A stretch of DNA of 64,000 nt from Parcubacteria group bacterium Athens0714_12 (lineage in GTDB: Bacteria; Patescibacteriota; Patescibacteriia; UBA2591; VMGY01). The stretch is from NCBI GenBank assembly GCA_007378955.1, contig VMGY01000001.1, positions 38,804-102,803 of the forward strand, given 5' to 3'. Below the pieces are notes generated by a model that was given only the letters and a program-made list of their open reading frames with translations, ran no database searches and was not told the DNA's origin. Shown piece by piece: positions 17,929 through 27,909 of this stretch; position 1 is the stretch's first letter; every line of letters starts with the position of its first letter. The position numbers were made by a program, and so were the translations under genes.

Positions 17929-20900
17929 ATGTTCACTCATCTCCATGTTCACTCCCATTATAGCCTGCTTGACGGCCTGGCAAAAATAGACGGGCTGATC
18001 GCCAAAGCGAAAGAATATAAAATGAACGCTTTGGCGCTGACTGACCATGGCGTTATGTACGGAGCGATAGAATTTTATAAAAAATGCAAAGCCGAAGGAA
18101 TCAAACCGATTATCGGCGTGGAGGCATATTTAGCCCGGCATAGCAGGCTGCAAAAAAGAGCCAGGATAGATGAAAAACCATTTCATCTTCTTTTATTGGC
18201 AAAAAACATTAAAGGCTACCAAAATTTGCTTAAATTAACCAGCATCGCTCACTTGGAGGGATTTTATTACAAACCAAGAGTTGATTGGGAAATTTTAGAA
18301 AAACATTCTTCGGGATTAATCGCTTTAACCGCCTGCATTCAAGGAGAAATTCCCCAGCTTATTTTAGAAAATAAATTAGAAAAAGCGGAAGAAGCCATAA
18401 TCAAATATCAAAATATTTTTGGAAAAGAAAATTTCTACTTGGAAGTAATGGATTTAAAAGAGCAAAATAAAATCAATCAAGCTCTTTTTGATTTAGGAAA
18501 AAAATTAAATGTGCCCGTCGCCGCGACCAATGATGTCCATTATTTAAATCCTGAAGATGATGAAGTGCAAGATATTTTACTTTGTTTGCAGACAAAAAGG
18601 AAAAAAAATGAAAAAAATCGGCTTTGCATGCTGGGTGATAATTTTTCTTTTAAAAGCCCTGAAATAATGGAGGAGGCATTTAAAAATCATTTGGAAGCAA
18701 TAGAAAATACCCAGAAAATAGCGGATCAATGCGATTTAGAGATAGAATTGGGTAAAATAAAACTGCCTTACTTTGAAGTGCCTAACTCTAAAGCGCCTGA
18801 TGAATATTTAAAAGATTTGTGCGAAGAAGGCGTTAAAAAAATTTACGGCCAAAAAAATAAACAAATTGAGGAACGTCTTGACCATGAATTAAAAACAATA
18901 GAAAAAACCGGCTTTGCTCCTTATTTTTTAATTGTCCAGGATTTTGTCAATTGGGCAAAGGAACGCGAAATCGTGGTCGGCCCGGGCAGAGGAAGCGCCG
19001 GCGGCAGTTTAGTTTCTTATCTGCTGAATATCACTGAAATCGACCCCTTAAAATACGATTTGCTGTTTGAAAGATTTTTGACTGATTCAAGATTTTCTCC
19101 GCCAGATATTGATTTGGATTTCGCCGACACAAGGAGAAATGAAGTCATAAAATACGTGGAAGAAAAATATGGCAAAGATCATGTCTGCCAAATAATCACT
19201 TTCGGAACAATGGCGGCGCGCGCCGGTGTCAGGGATGTCGCCAGAGTACTTGATTATCCTTATGCTCTTGGCGATAAAATTTCTAAACTAATTCCGCCTT
19301 TCGCAAAATTAGACGAAGCATTAAACACTGTTTCCGAACTTAAAGAAATGTACCAAAACGACCCTGACGTTAAAAAAACTATCGACGCGGCAAAAAAATT
19401 AGAAGGGGTGGTGAGGCACGCTTCCACCCATGCTTGCGGCGTGGTAATTACCAGAGAGCCCTTGGACCATTATCTTCCTTTACAATACGCGTCTTCGTCC
19501 GACCGAACCGTTGTTTCCCAGTATGATATGAAATTAGTGGAAGCCATCGGGCTTTTAAAAATGGATTTTCTGGGCTTAAAAAATTTAACCTTAATTGAAC
19601 AAGCGACAAAAATTATTGAAAAAACAAGAGATGTTAAAATTGATTTTGAAAAAATACCCTCTGATGATAAAAAAACTTTTAAATTATTAAGAGAAGCGAA
19701 AACCACGGGCGTATTTCAATTAGAATCAGCGGGAATGAAGCGCTATCTGAAACAACTAAAACCAACTGAATTTGAAGATATTATCGCGATGGTGGCGCTT
19801 TTCAGGCCGGGACCAATGGAATTTATTCCTCAATATATCGCGGGCAAGCATGACGTTATCAAGCCGAGTTATATCCACCCAAAATTAAAACCAATTTTAG
19901 AAAAAACTTACGGAATAATAATTTATCAGGAACAATTAATGCAAATCGCCCAGCATTTAGCCGGTTTCAGTTTGGTTGAAGCTGATGTTTTAAGAAAAGC
20001 CGTGGGCAAAAAAATAAAGGAACTCTTATTGAAGCAAGAAAAAAAATTAATAGACGGAATGATAAAAAACGGCATCAAAAAAGAAGTGGCGGAAAAAATC
20101 TGGAGCTGGATTTTACCTTTTGCCAGTTATGGCTTTCCCAAAGCTCATGCTACTGCTTACGCCACTATCGCCTACCAGACCGCTTACCTTAAAGCCCATT
20201 ATCCCGAAGAATTTATGGCCGCTCTCTTAACATCAGACCAAAATGATATGGACAGAATAGCGATTGAAGTAGATGAATGCAAACAAATAGGTATTAAAGT
20301 CCTGCCGCCTGATATTAATGAAAGTTTTGAAAATTTCACTGTTGTCCAGCAAAAAGAAACAGACGGCAAACCGCTAATCCGCTTTGGATTGAAGGCGATA
20401 AAAAATATCGGCTCGGGAATCGTCAATGCCATTATTGACGAAAGAAAAGAAAACGGCTTTTATCAAAGCTTGGAAGATTTTTTAAAAAGAGTTAAAAATA
20501 AAGACTTGAATAAAAAATCTTTAGATGGCTTGGCAAAAGCGGGCGCCTTGGATAAATTCGGTGAAAGAAACCAAATATTAGAAAATATAGACAAGTTATT
20601 GAATTTCATTAAACAAATAAATAAGGAAAGAAATAACGGGCAGGTAAATTTATTTAATAATATCCCCGCTCATAACGGAACTTCTTTAAAATTGGATTAC
20701 GCGCCGCCGATAGACACTAAGCAAAAATTAGCTTGGGAAAAAGAATTTATCGGCTTGTATATTTCCGACCATCCTTTAAGGGAATTTATGCCTTATTTGG
20801 AAAAATTTATCACTCCTTGCGATAAAATTTATGAATCTTTTAATAAAGGATTGCGGGAAATTAAAATTCTTGGCGTGATTACTAAAATTAAAAAATTCTT

Positions 20901-21147
20901 CACCAAAAAAAACGAACCAATGCTTTTTGTAAAATTAGAAGATAGTTCAGGCAGTGTGGAAGTAATTGTCTTTCCTTCAAACTTAAAAAATGAAACTGAT
21001 GTCTGGCAGGAAGAAAAAATTATTCTGCTCAAAGGAAAACTCTCAAAAAAAGAAAATGAAATGAAAATTTTAAGCGACAAGGCGATGGAAATGAACCAAG
21101 AAAATTTGGCCAAAATAACAATAAAATCGCGAGCTTGCGCTCATTAA
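17929..21147 (+). CDS. dnaE: DNA polymerase III alpha subunit
   Basis: Starts with the PHP domain 'HLHVHSHYSLLDGL' and contains 'GVVITREPL'. It also has an OB fold and a C-terminal region; 1072 aa. Confidence 0.95.
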   Translation: MFTHLHVHSHYSLLDGLAKIDGLIAKAKEYKMNALALTDHGVMYGAIEFYKKCKAEGIKPIIGVEAYLARHSRLQKRARIDEKPFHLLLLAKNIKGYQNLLKLTSIAHLEGFYYKPRVDWEILEKHSSGLIALTACIQGEIPQLILENKLEKAEEAIIKYQNIFGKENFYLEVMDLKEQNKINQALFDLGKKLNVPVAATNDVHYLNPEDDEVQDILLCLQTKRKKNEKNRLCMLGDNFSFKSPEIMEEAFKNHLEAIENTQKIADQCDLEIELGKIKLPYFEVPNSKAPDEYLKDLCEEGVKKIYGQKNKQIEERLDHELKTIEKTGFAPYFLIVQDFVNWAKEREIVVGPGRGSAGGSLVSYLLNITEIDPLKYDLLFERFLTDSRFSPPDIDLDFADTRRNEVIKYVEEKYGKDHVCQIITFGTMAARAGVRDVARVLDYPYALGDKISKLIPPFAKLDEALNTVSELKEMYQNDPDVKKTIDAAKKLEGVVRHASTHACGVVITREPLDHYLPLQYASSSDRTVVSQYDMKLVEAIGLLKMDFLGLKNLTLIEQATKIIEKTRDVKIDFEKIPSDDKKTFKLLREAKTTGVFQLESAGMKRYLKQLKPTEFEDIIAMVALFRPGPMEFIPQYIAGKHDVIKPSYIHPKLKPILEKTYGIIIYQEQLMQIAQHLAGFSLVEADVLRKAVGKKIKELLLKQEKKLIDGMIKNGIKKEVAEKIWSWILPFASYGFPKAHATAYATIAYQTAYLKAHYPEEFMAALLTSDQNDMDRIAIEVDECKQIGIKVLPPDINESFENFTVVQQKETDGKPLIRFGLKAIKNIGSGIVNAIIDERKENGFYQSLEDFLKRVKNKDLNKKSLDGLAKAGALDKFGERNQILENIDKLLNFIKQINKERNNGQVNLFNNIPAHNGTSLKLDYAPPIDTKQKLAWEKEFIGLYISDHPLREFMPYLEKFITPCDKIYESFNKGLREIKILGVITKIKKFFTKKNEPMLFVKLEDSSGSVEVIVFPSNLKNETDVWQEEKIILLKGKLSKKENEMKILSDKAMEMNQENLAKITIKSRACAH

Positions 21148-21201
21148 TAAGCCAAAACTTTTGCCAAAATAATATTTAACGGCGGATTTAATATAAAACC
21201 C

Positions 21202-21230
21202 TTGATAAACTGCTTTAAATAAGGTAAGAT
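21202..21230 (+). promoter_or_regulatory. Candidate promoter TTGATA-17-TAAGAT, giving a nearly leaderless transcript
   Basis: The -10 ends 7 nt before the ATG at 21238. It shares the -10 hexamer with the rpmE candidate promoter. Confidence 0.4.
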
Positions 21231-21237
21231 CGTAAAA

Positions 21238-22362
21238 ATGCCCAAAGAAAAAAAAACAAAATTAAAAACATCTAATTTATATCCTTACAAAAAAATTGTA
21301 AACGTTTATCTTTTTTTAACCGTAATTTTAATTATCTCCATATTTTATTTAATTTCTTCAAAAGCCTTGGTTTTAATTATTTTTGAACCGGAAAAAATCA
21401 GTTCTAATTTCATTATCCAGCTCGGCTCTGAAACAAATTTGGAAAAAGAAACCATCAAAAGCGAATTTGCCGAGGAAATTATAGAAAAAGAAGAGACCTT
21501 TTCGCCCAAATCCGAAACAATGGAAAGCAAGGCTTCGGGAGAGGTGACAATTATAAATAATTACGGCAAAAATCAGCCGTTAGTCGCCACGACCCGCTTG
21601 CTTTCGCCGGAAGGGTTTTTATTCAGAACCGCTGAATATGTGATGGCGCCGGCAGGCGGCAAAGTTAAAGTCAAAGTTAAGACCGACCAAGAAGGGCAAA
21701 AATACGAAATTGGACCGTCCACCTTTACCATTCCCGGCTTATGGGAAGGGCTTCAGGATAAAATTTACGGCCAAAGCTTTGAACCAATGAAGAGAAATGT
21801 TAAAAAAATAAGCGCGATTATCCAAGAAGATATAGACAAAGCCAAAGAAAAAATTAAAGGAGACGCGGTTAAAGAGGTTTTAGAAAAAATAAAAAACGAG
21901 CCCAAAATTATTAAAACGGAAATTCTGGAAGAATTTTCCGACAGCCAGCCGAATGAGGAAAAGGAAAATTTCAAAGTTAAGTTAAAAATAAAAATTATGA
22001 TGATTGACTTTAGCGATAAATCATTGGAAGATTTTCTTTCTTTTAGTTTTAAAGCTTTAATCCCGCAGGAAAAAAAATTATTGTCCATTAATAAAAATAA
22101 TTTAACTCATACTTTATTAAATTACGACTCGGATAAAAAATCCGGAAAAATAAAAGTTTCCGCGGAAGGCAACTTCGCGCCTGATTTAGAACTTTTAAAT
22201 TTCCCCAAAGATAAGCTTGTCGGCTTAACTGAAGAAGAAGTTAAAGAATATCTTAAAAATTTTACAATCATCAAGGATGTTAAAGTGGAATTAAAGCCTT
22301 TTTGGCTTAAAACTATGCCTTTATTAAGCGATAAAATTGAAATTAAAATCATGGGAGAATAA
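21238..22362 (+). CDS. Hypothetical protein with a basic N-terminus and a TM helix
   Basis: 374 aa. The N-terminus 'MPKEKKTKLK' is followed by a TM segment. Confidence 0.4.
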   Translation: MPKEKKTKLKTSNLYPYKKIVNVYLFLTVILIISIFYLISSKALVLIIFEPEKISSNFIIQLGSETNLEKETIKSEFAEEIIEKEETFSPKSETMESKASGEVTIINNYGKNQPLVATTRLLSPEGFLFRTAEYVMAPAGGKVKVKVKTDQEGQKYEIGPSTFTIPGLWEGLQDKIYGQSFEPMKRNVKKISAIIQEDIDKAKEKIKGDAVKEVLEKIKNEPKIIKTEILEEFSDSQPNEEKENFKVKLKIKIMMIDFSDKSLEDFLSFSFKALIPQEKKLLSINKNNLTHTLLNYDSDKKSGKIKVSAEGNFAPDLELLNFPKDKLVGLTEEEVKEYLKNFTIIKDVKVELKPFWLKTMPLLSDKIEIKIMGE

Positions 22363-22425
22363 TATGAAATTGAAAATTAGAAATGATTTTGAAATTTATT
22401 TTTTGATTTTTTATATTCAAATATT

Positions 22426-24168
22426 ATGCCTAAAATAAATCAATCTCAATTAGAGATAATGCGCCATTCTTGCGGCCATTTGATGGCCGCGGCTGTGCAA
22501 AAACTTTTTCCCGAAACAAAATTTGGCATCGGACCGAACATAGAAAACGGTTTCTATTATGATTTTGAATTGCCTGCAACTTTAACGCCCGAGTTTCTGC
22601 CAAAAATCAAAAAAGAAATGAAAAAAATGATCGGGCAAAATCTGCCTTTTATCAAAAAAGAAATGCCCGTTGATGAAGCGATTAAATTATTTAAAAGCAT
22701 AAACCAGCCTTATAAAATTGAATTATTGGAAGAAATGAAAAAGCAAGGCGAAAAATCGGTCAGCATTTATCAAACTGGCGATTTTATCGACCTTTGCCGA
22801 GGACCGCACCTTAAATCAACCGGAGAAATCGGCGCTTTTAAATTAACGAAAATAGCCGGCGCTTATTGGCGCGGCAATGAAAAAAATAAAATGCTCACCA
22901 GAATTTACGGCTTGGCTTTTTCCCATGAAGAAGAATTAAATAATCATTTAAAAGTTTTGGAAGAAGCGGAAAAAAGAGACCACCGGAATTTAGGCAAAGA
23001 ACTGGAATTATTTTCTTTTGAAGAAGAAATCGGCGCGGGCCTGCCCTTATGGCACCCAAAAGGCGCTTTTCTCCGCCATTTAATTGAAAATTATCTTTAT
23101 AAAGAATTAAATTCATCCGGCTACCAATGGGTGGTAACGCCGCATATCGGCAATATTAATCTATGGAAAACTTCCGGCCATTGGAATTTTTACCGCGAAA
23201 ATATTTATTCGCCGATAAAAATCGACGAGGAAGAATTTTTATTAAAGCCGATGAACTGCCCTTTTCATATCAAGATTTATAATTCTAAAATTCGCAGCTA
23301 TAAAGAATTACCCATCAGATTCGCTGAATTTGGCACAGTCTACCGTTATGAAAAATCAGGCGTTCTGCATGGCTTGACCCGAGTCCGCGGCTTTACCCAG
23401 GACGACGCTCATATTTGGTGTACTTTAGACCAATTGCCGAAAGAAATAAACAATCTTTTAAAAGACGGCTTAAAAATCCTCAGAAGATTCGGCTTTAAAG
23501 ATTTTAATATTTTTCTTTCCACCCGGCCGGAAAAATTTACCGGCGACCCTAAACATTGGGACAAGGCGGAAGAATCTTTGAAAAACGCCTTGGAAAAATC
23601 AAAGCTTAATTACCAAATTGACCCTGGCGCCGGAGTTTTTTACGGCCCTAAAATTGACATTAAAATAAAAGACAGTTTAGGCAGAGAATGGCAATGCACC
23701 ACCATTCAAGTTGATTTTAATCTGCCGGAAAAATTTGAATTAAATTATATCAATAAAGAAGGCAAGAAAGAACAGCCGATTATGATCCATCGCGCTCTTT
23801 TGGGCTCTTTGGAAAGATTTATCGGCGTCTTAATAGAACATTACGCCGGCGCCTTTCCAGTCTGGCTGGCGCCAATTCAAGTTCGCGTCGTCCCTGTCGG
23901 CTCCAAGCATATTAAAGCCAGTCAAAAATTAGCCCGAGAATTAAAAGAAAAAGATATCAGATGCGAGGTTGATGATTTGAATGAAACAGTCGGTTATAAA
24001 GTCAGAAAAGCGGAAAAACAAAAAATTCCTTATGTTTTAGTCATCGGTGATAAAGAAATAGACAGCAAAAATTTAACAGTCAGGATCAGAGGCAAAAAAG
24101 AAATGATTAAAATGTCCAGAAAAAAATTTGAAGAAAAAATCAGAGAAGAAATAGAAAAGAAAAAATAA
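22426..24168 (+). CDS. thrS: Threonyl-tRNA synthetase lacking the N-terminal TGS domain
   Basis: Begins at the editing-domain motif 'RHSCGHLMA', followed by a class II catalytic core and an anticodon-binding domain; 580 aa. Confidence 0.92.
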   Translation: MPKINQSQLEIMRHSCGHLMAAAVQKLFPETKFGIGPNIENGFYYDFELPATLTPEFLPKIKKEMKKMIGQNLPFIKKEMPVDEAIKLFKSINQPYKIELLEEMKKQGEKSVSIYQTGDFIDLCRGPHLKSTGEIGAFKLTKIAGAYWRGNEKNKMLTRIYGLAFSHEEELNNHLKVLEEAEKRDHRNLGKELELFSFEEEIGAGLPLWHPKGAFLRHLIENYLYKELNSSGYQWVVTPHIGNINLWKTSGHWNFYRENIYSPIKIDEEEFLLKPMNCPFHIKIYNSKIRSYKELPIRFAEFGTVYRYEKSGVLHGLTRVRGFTQDDAHIWCTLDQLPKEINNLLKDGLKILRRFGFKDFNIFLSTRPEKFTGDPKHWDKAEESLKNALEKSKLNYQIDPGAGVFYGPKIDIKIKDSLGREWQCTTIQVDFNLPEKFELNYINKEGKKEQPIMIHRALLGSLERFIGVLIEHYAGAFPVWLAPIQVRVVPVGSKHIKASQKLARELKEKDIRCEVDDLNETVGYKVRKAEKQKIPYVLVIGDKEIDSKNLTVRIRGKKEMIKMSRKKFEEKIREEIEKKK

Positions 24169-24191
24169 AAAACATTATAAAATTTTTTATA

Positions 24192-24366
24192 GAGATGGTT
24201 ACAAAACTGCTTCGTCGCGAAATTTAGATAGTTTCAGCCAAGACGAGGAAAACAAGCAAAATGATTTGAGTCGTAATAGAATTACGGCGAAAATCATTTT
24301 GCGCAGTTTGACGAAGTATTGGCTGAAAATAGCAAATTACAGCAGAAGTAGTTTTGTAACCATCTC
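24192..24366. repeat. 175-bp element bounded by 17-bp inverted repeats (GAGATGGTTACAAAACT / AGTTTTGTAACCATCTC) with nested internal palindromes
   Basis: The terminal inverted repeats are at 24192-24208 and 24350-24366. Inside are the nested palindromes CAAAATGATTT...AAATCATTTTG and CGTAAT-aga-ATTACG. Related motifs occur at 8863-8880 and 48384-48401. Confidence 0.6.
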
Positions 24367-24369
24367 ATA

Positions 24370-25038
24370 CTAGTAATTCGTAAAATAATTGATTTTTGCT
24401 TGAGACCTAAGAGAATTAATTAATAAATTAGCCGCCTCTGACATTTTTTGCTGTTCAATTTGATCTTTAATCTGCGCTTTATAACTATCTTCCTGGCCTT
24501 TGGGAATCTCAACTTTATTATCTTTAATGTATTTTGCCACTTCATCATCAGTAACTTGCACTTGGTCAGCGAGAAGTTTTTCTAATTTTTTTTGAATAAC
24601 AATCTTTTTCTTAAAATTCTCTTGCGTTAAGCCCTGCGCCGCGAGCGCTTGCGATAACGTCATGCCCTGCGCTTCAACTTGATTTTCCACGTTTTTTATT
24701 TCCGCGTCAATTTCATCATTGCTTACCGTAATTCCTTTTTTTAGCACTTCGTCATTAATAAGTTTTTGGGTGATAAGCGCGTCCAGCGCGTTTTTACCCG
24801 ACACGCTTTCAAGCTCTTTAATGACAGCAAACCGGCTGATGGGAGTTCCATTTACCATAGCGGCAATGAACAATCTTTTATAATAAAAAGCGAAAAATCC
24901 GATTAGAACGACCAAAACAACAATCGCCGCAATTTTTATGCCAAAAAGCCTTTGTCTTTTAATCTCTTTTAAATAATTTTCTCGTGTTAGAGGAGATTCT
25001 GTTGTTGTGGGTTGCGTTGTTTTAAAATTTTCATTCAT
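24370..25038 (-). CDS. Membrane-anchored SurA-N/PrsA-like chaperone-domain protein (hypothetical)
   Basis: Has a TM helix and a helical periplasmic-chaperone-like region; the similarity is weak. Confidence 0.35.
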   Translation of the reverse strand: MNENFKTTQPTTTESPLTRENYLKEIKRQRLFGIKIAAIVVLVVLIGFFAFYYKRLFIAAMVNGTPISRFAVIKELESVSGKNALDALITQKLINDEVLKKGITVSNDEIDAEIKNVENQVEAQGMTLSQALAAQGLTQENFKKKIVIQKKLEKLLADQVQVTDDEVAKYIKDNKVEIPKGQEDSYKAQIKDQIEQQKMSEAANLLINSLRSQAKINYFTNY

Positions 25039-25167
25039 AATTAATGTTTTAAAATTATTAATTTAATCGCCGCTCTATTTGTGGCAGTGTATATTAATTA
25101 TTATAGCTCATTGCCTTAAATCTTTCAAGAAAAGGCGCGACGAGATGAACATAATTATCTTAATGGA

Positions 25168-25947
25168 TTAAAAAAGAGTTTTGCGGTTATATTTTCTTTC
25201 TTCCTCGCCGGCTGCCGCGCGATAACGGCAAAAATCGCAATCAGGCGAAGCGCCGGGAATATTGTCGCTCATTAAACATTTGCGCGCTTCAAGTAAAACG
25301 TTTTCAATCCAAGAATCATCGCCTTTATAAGGGATTAATTCAATATCAAATTCTAATTTGGCGTCAAAAGCCTTACAGTCTGTTTTGCCATTGCAATAAA
25401 CAAAATAACCAACCGGCGAAACTTGGTAGCCATTTTGGCGAAAAAGCCATTGATAAATTTCCATCTGCCTCTTATAGCCAATCTGCCAATCCGCGTCCAA
25501 GTTTAACTGCCCTGTTTTTGAAGTCGCTTTGTAATCAACAATGATAAATTCTCCCTTTGGATTAACCCAAAGGTCGTCAATTCCGCCGGTAACAAAAAAA
25601 TTGCTCGGCTTGTGCAAAAAAGCGATTCCGCCGCGCAAAGCGTCTCGCCAAAAATCCAATTCTTTATGCGCCAAAGGCACCGCGTCAAGGCCATAAGTTT
25701 TCATTAAAGGATGGATTGTATTTTTTGCCCGATGAAGGTCAAATTCTTTTTTGAGCAACGCGTCAACCGCGGAATTAAGGGTGAAAGGATAACCCGGCGG
25801 CTGGCCGACGCCCAATCGCCTGTCAAGATAAAAACAGCGCGGACAATTCAAAAATAAATCAATTTTTGAACGGCTTAATCTGAAAGGATATTTTGAATTC
25901 GGGTCAAATAAATTCGATTTTCTTTTAGGGGTATAATATTTTGACAT
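25168..25947 (-). CDS. PD-(D/E)XK nuclease-superfamily protein (Cas4/RecB-nuclease-like) with cysteine clusters
   Basis: 'GIDDLW' and 'IVDYKATSK' fit the D...D/ExK core. Cysteines occur at the N-terminus 'CPRC' and the C-terminus 'CDFC', as in Fe-S Cas4/AddB nuclease domains. Confidence 0.6.
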   Translation of the reverse strand: MSKYYTPKRKSNLFDPNSKYPFRLSRSKIDLFLNCPRCFYLDRRLGVGQPPGYPFTLNSAVDALLKKEFDLHRAKNTIHPLMKTYGLDAVPLAHKELDFWRDALRGGIAFLHKPSNFFVTGGIDDLWVNPKGEFIIVDYKATSKTGQLNLDADWQIGYKRQMEIYQWLFRQNGYQVSPVGYFVYCNGKTDCKAFDAKLEFDIELIPYKGDDSWIENVLLEARKCLMSDNIPGASPDCDFCRYRAAAGEEERKYNRKTLF

Positions 25948-25968
25948 ATGATTATTGAACAGTTAAAA

Positions 25969-26003
25969 TTTGATTGATAATTGATAATTGATAATTGATA
26001 ATT
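25969..26003. repeat. Tandem heptamer (TTGATAA)x~4.5, followed by a GCGATAA-aaaa-TTATCGC hairpin
   Basis: The repeat is visible by direct reading and lies in the intergenic space between the nuclease and helicase genes. Confidence 0.6.
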
Positions 26004-26024
26004 TTCACGTTTTGCGATAAAAAA

Positions 26025-27665
26025 TTATCGCGCGTCAGATTCTTTCAAAAACAGCCGCGCGAGGCGCAGTTCGCGGTAGGAAAAACTTTCGCCGAGAATC
26101 TCGCGGACCACCGTCAATCTCGTATCCCCGGTCTCCTTAAAAACATTTTTTATTAATTCAAACCTTTTGCCCCATGGCCGCAAATATGACAAATCAAGGT
26201 TTTCATCCCGCTCAATTAATTTTTCCAGATGCCCTAAAATCGTATCCTCGGTCAAGCCGCGCTTTTCGGCAATTTCTTTAATGGAAAATTTTTGTAAAAC
26301 TAACATTTCCGTTTCCTCATATGTTGAAACGGATTTTAATTTTTCCGCCGGCGCGACAGATTTTAAAAATTCTTCCTGATTTTTTTCTTTTTCCAATTGG
26401 TTTAATTTTCTTAATCCAATACTAACCATCTCTGACATTCGCATTAATTCTTTATCTAATAATAACACTTCTTCATTGACTTGAAGAGCGATCTGATTCA
26501 AGCCCATCAATTTCAATCCCTCAAATGAGCGGACCCGCGAAAGCGCGACATAACCCATTCCTTCAACAAATGATTTGGAAAGGTCAATTTCCACCGCGTC
26601 CAAGCTCATCCCCTGGCTTTTATGCACGGTGATTGCCCAGGCCAAACGAAGCGGTATTTGGATAATTTCCGCTTTCGCCATCCCCTCTTCTTCTATCCGC
26701 CAGCTTTCCGGGCCGGCGATTATTTCTTTTCCTGTTTTACAAACCCGTACCACGGGAAAACCGTCTTCGTCAAAATCTTCAACTATACCAAGAGTGCCGT
26801 TCACGTAGCCTTTGTCAAAATTATTTTTAACAAACATCACCGCCGCTCCCCTTTTAAGTCGCAATTCCTCCGGCGCAAGACAGTTTTTTTTGAGAAAAGC
26901 CGCCAATTTTTTGTTGCCGCGGCTAGTCGCGAAATATGTTTTCATCTCTCCGCCAAGCGCTTCAAGATTTTTCTTATTGATAATATCAACATCAATATTA
27001 TGCGTGTAAAGTTTGGTCGCGGTAGAAAAATTTCGCGGACTTTTTTGGTATCTTTCTCTTAAAAATGACAATGTCCGCTCTCCCGCCTTATTCGCCCTGA
27101 TGTCGTTTAAGACTTTGATTAAAACGTCATCGCCCTGCCGATACTGCTCGCTTAAATAACAAATCTTTAAATTCATTTCCTGCCATATTTTTGATTTATT
27201 GGCAAAAGTTCTTTCCGTGCTGTTTTTTGAAACCGGTGGCAATTGAAAAAAATCTCCGCAAAGGACGACTTGCATACCGCCGAATGGCCGATTGTCTTTT
27301 TTGAAAGCCCGGCATACTTTATCAACCAAATCCAAATAAAAATAATGAAGCATGGAAACTTCATCGATGATTAAAACTTTGGTTTTTTCAAACCTTTTGG
27401 CGAGATAACGTTTTTTTGAAAGATCGCTGATTTCTCTTTCAGACATACTCTCTTTTATGCCGATTCCCGCCCAAGAATGAATCGTGATGCCATTCAGATG
27501 CGTGGCGGCAATTCCCGTGGAAGCGGTAACGCCGACGCCGACGCCCTTATTTTTTAAAAAATCAATATAAGCGTTAAGCGCGAATGTCTTCCCGCTTCCG
27601 GCCGGTCCAGTCAAAAAAACATTTTTTCCTAATTTTAATATTTCCAACGCCTCTTTTTGTGTCAT
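26025..27665 (-). CDS. Pif1/RecD-like SF1 DNA helicase with a C-terminal helicase-HTH domain
   Basis: Walker A 'GPAGSGKT', Walker B 'VLIIDEVSM', and 'VHKSQGMS' (motif VI-like). The C-terminal HTH reads 'KEIAEKRGLTEDTILGHLEKL'. Confidence 0.8.
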   Translation of the reverse strand: MTQKEALEILKLGKNVFLTGPAGSGKTFALNAYIDFLKNKGVGVGVTASTGIAATHLNGITIHSWAGIGIKESMSEREISDLSKKRYLAKRFEKTKVLIIDEVSMLHYFYLDLVDKVCRAFKKDNRPFGGMQVVLCGDFFQLPPVSKNSTERTFANKSKIWQEMNLKICYLSEQYRQGDDVLIKVLNDIRANKAGERTLSFLRERYQKSPRNFSTATKLYTHNIDVDIINKKNLEALGGEMKTYFATSRGNKKLAAFLKKNCLAPEELRLKRGAAVMFVKNNFDKGYVNGTLGIVEDFDEDGFPVVRVCKTGKEIIAGPESWRIEEEGMAKAEIIQIPLRLAWAITVHKSQGMSLDAVEIDLSKSFVEGMGYVALSRVRSFEGLKLMGLNQIALQVNEEVLLLDKELMRMSEMVSIGLRKLNQLEKEKNQEEFLKSVAPAEKLKSVSTYEETEMLVLQKFSIKEIAEKRGLTEDTILGHLEKLIERDENLDLSYLRPWGKRFELIKNVFKETGDTRLTVVREILGESFSYRELRLARLFLKESDAR

Positions 27666-27756
27666 AATTATAATTATTATCGCGCTTGATATGTAATTAA
27701 TTACTTACATCCATTATACCAAAAACCGTCGTTTACGGCGATTTCTAAAATCTTAA

Positions 27757-27909
27757 ATAATAGATTCTGTGAATTACGAAATGCGTTTTTTAAAACAAAA
27801 ATACGCGGGTAGATTGGAGCCTCTGCTCCAATCTTAGCTAATCTTGCTCCGAGTAGAGGCTCGGAGCTACCCATTTCGTATTTCGTAATTCACAGATAGA
27901 TTATTAATT
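27757..27909. mobile_element. MITE-like mini-element with ~25-bp terminal inverted repeats and two internal GC-rich hairpins
   Basis: The left arm TAATAGATTCTGTGAATTACGAAATG pairs with the right arm CATTTCGTATTTCGTAATTCACAGATAGATTATTA. Inside are the hairpins AGATTGGAGC-ctct-GCTCCAATCT and GCTCCGAG-tagagg-CTCGGAGC. No ORF is present. Confidence 0.5.
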
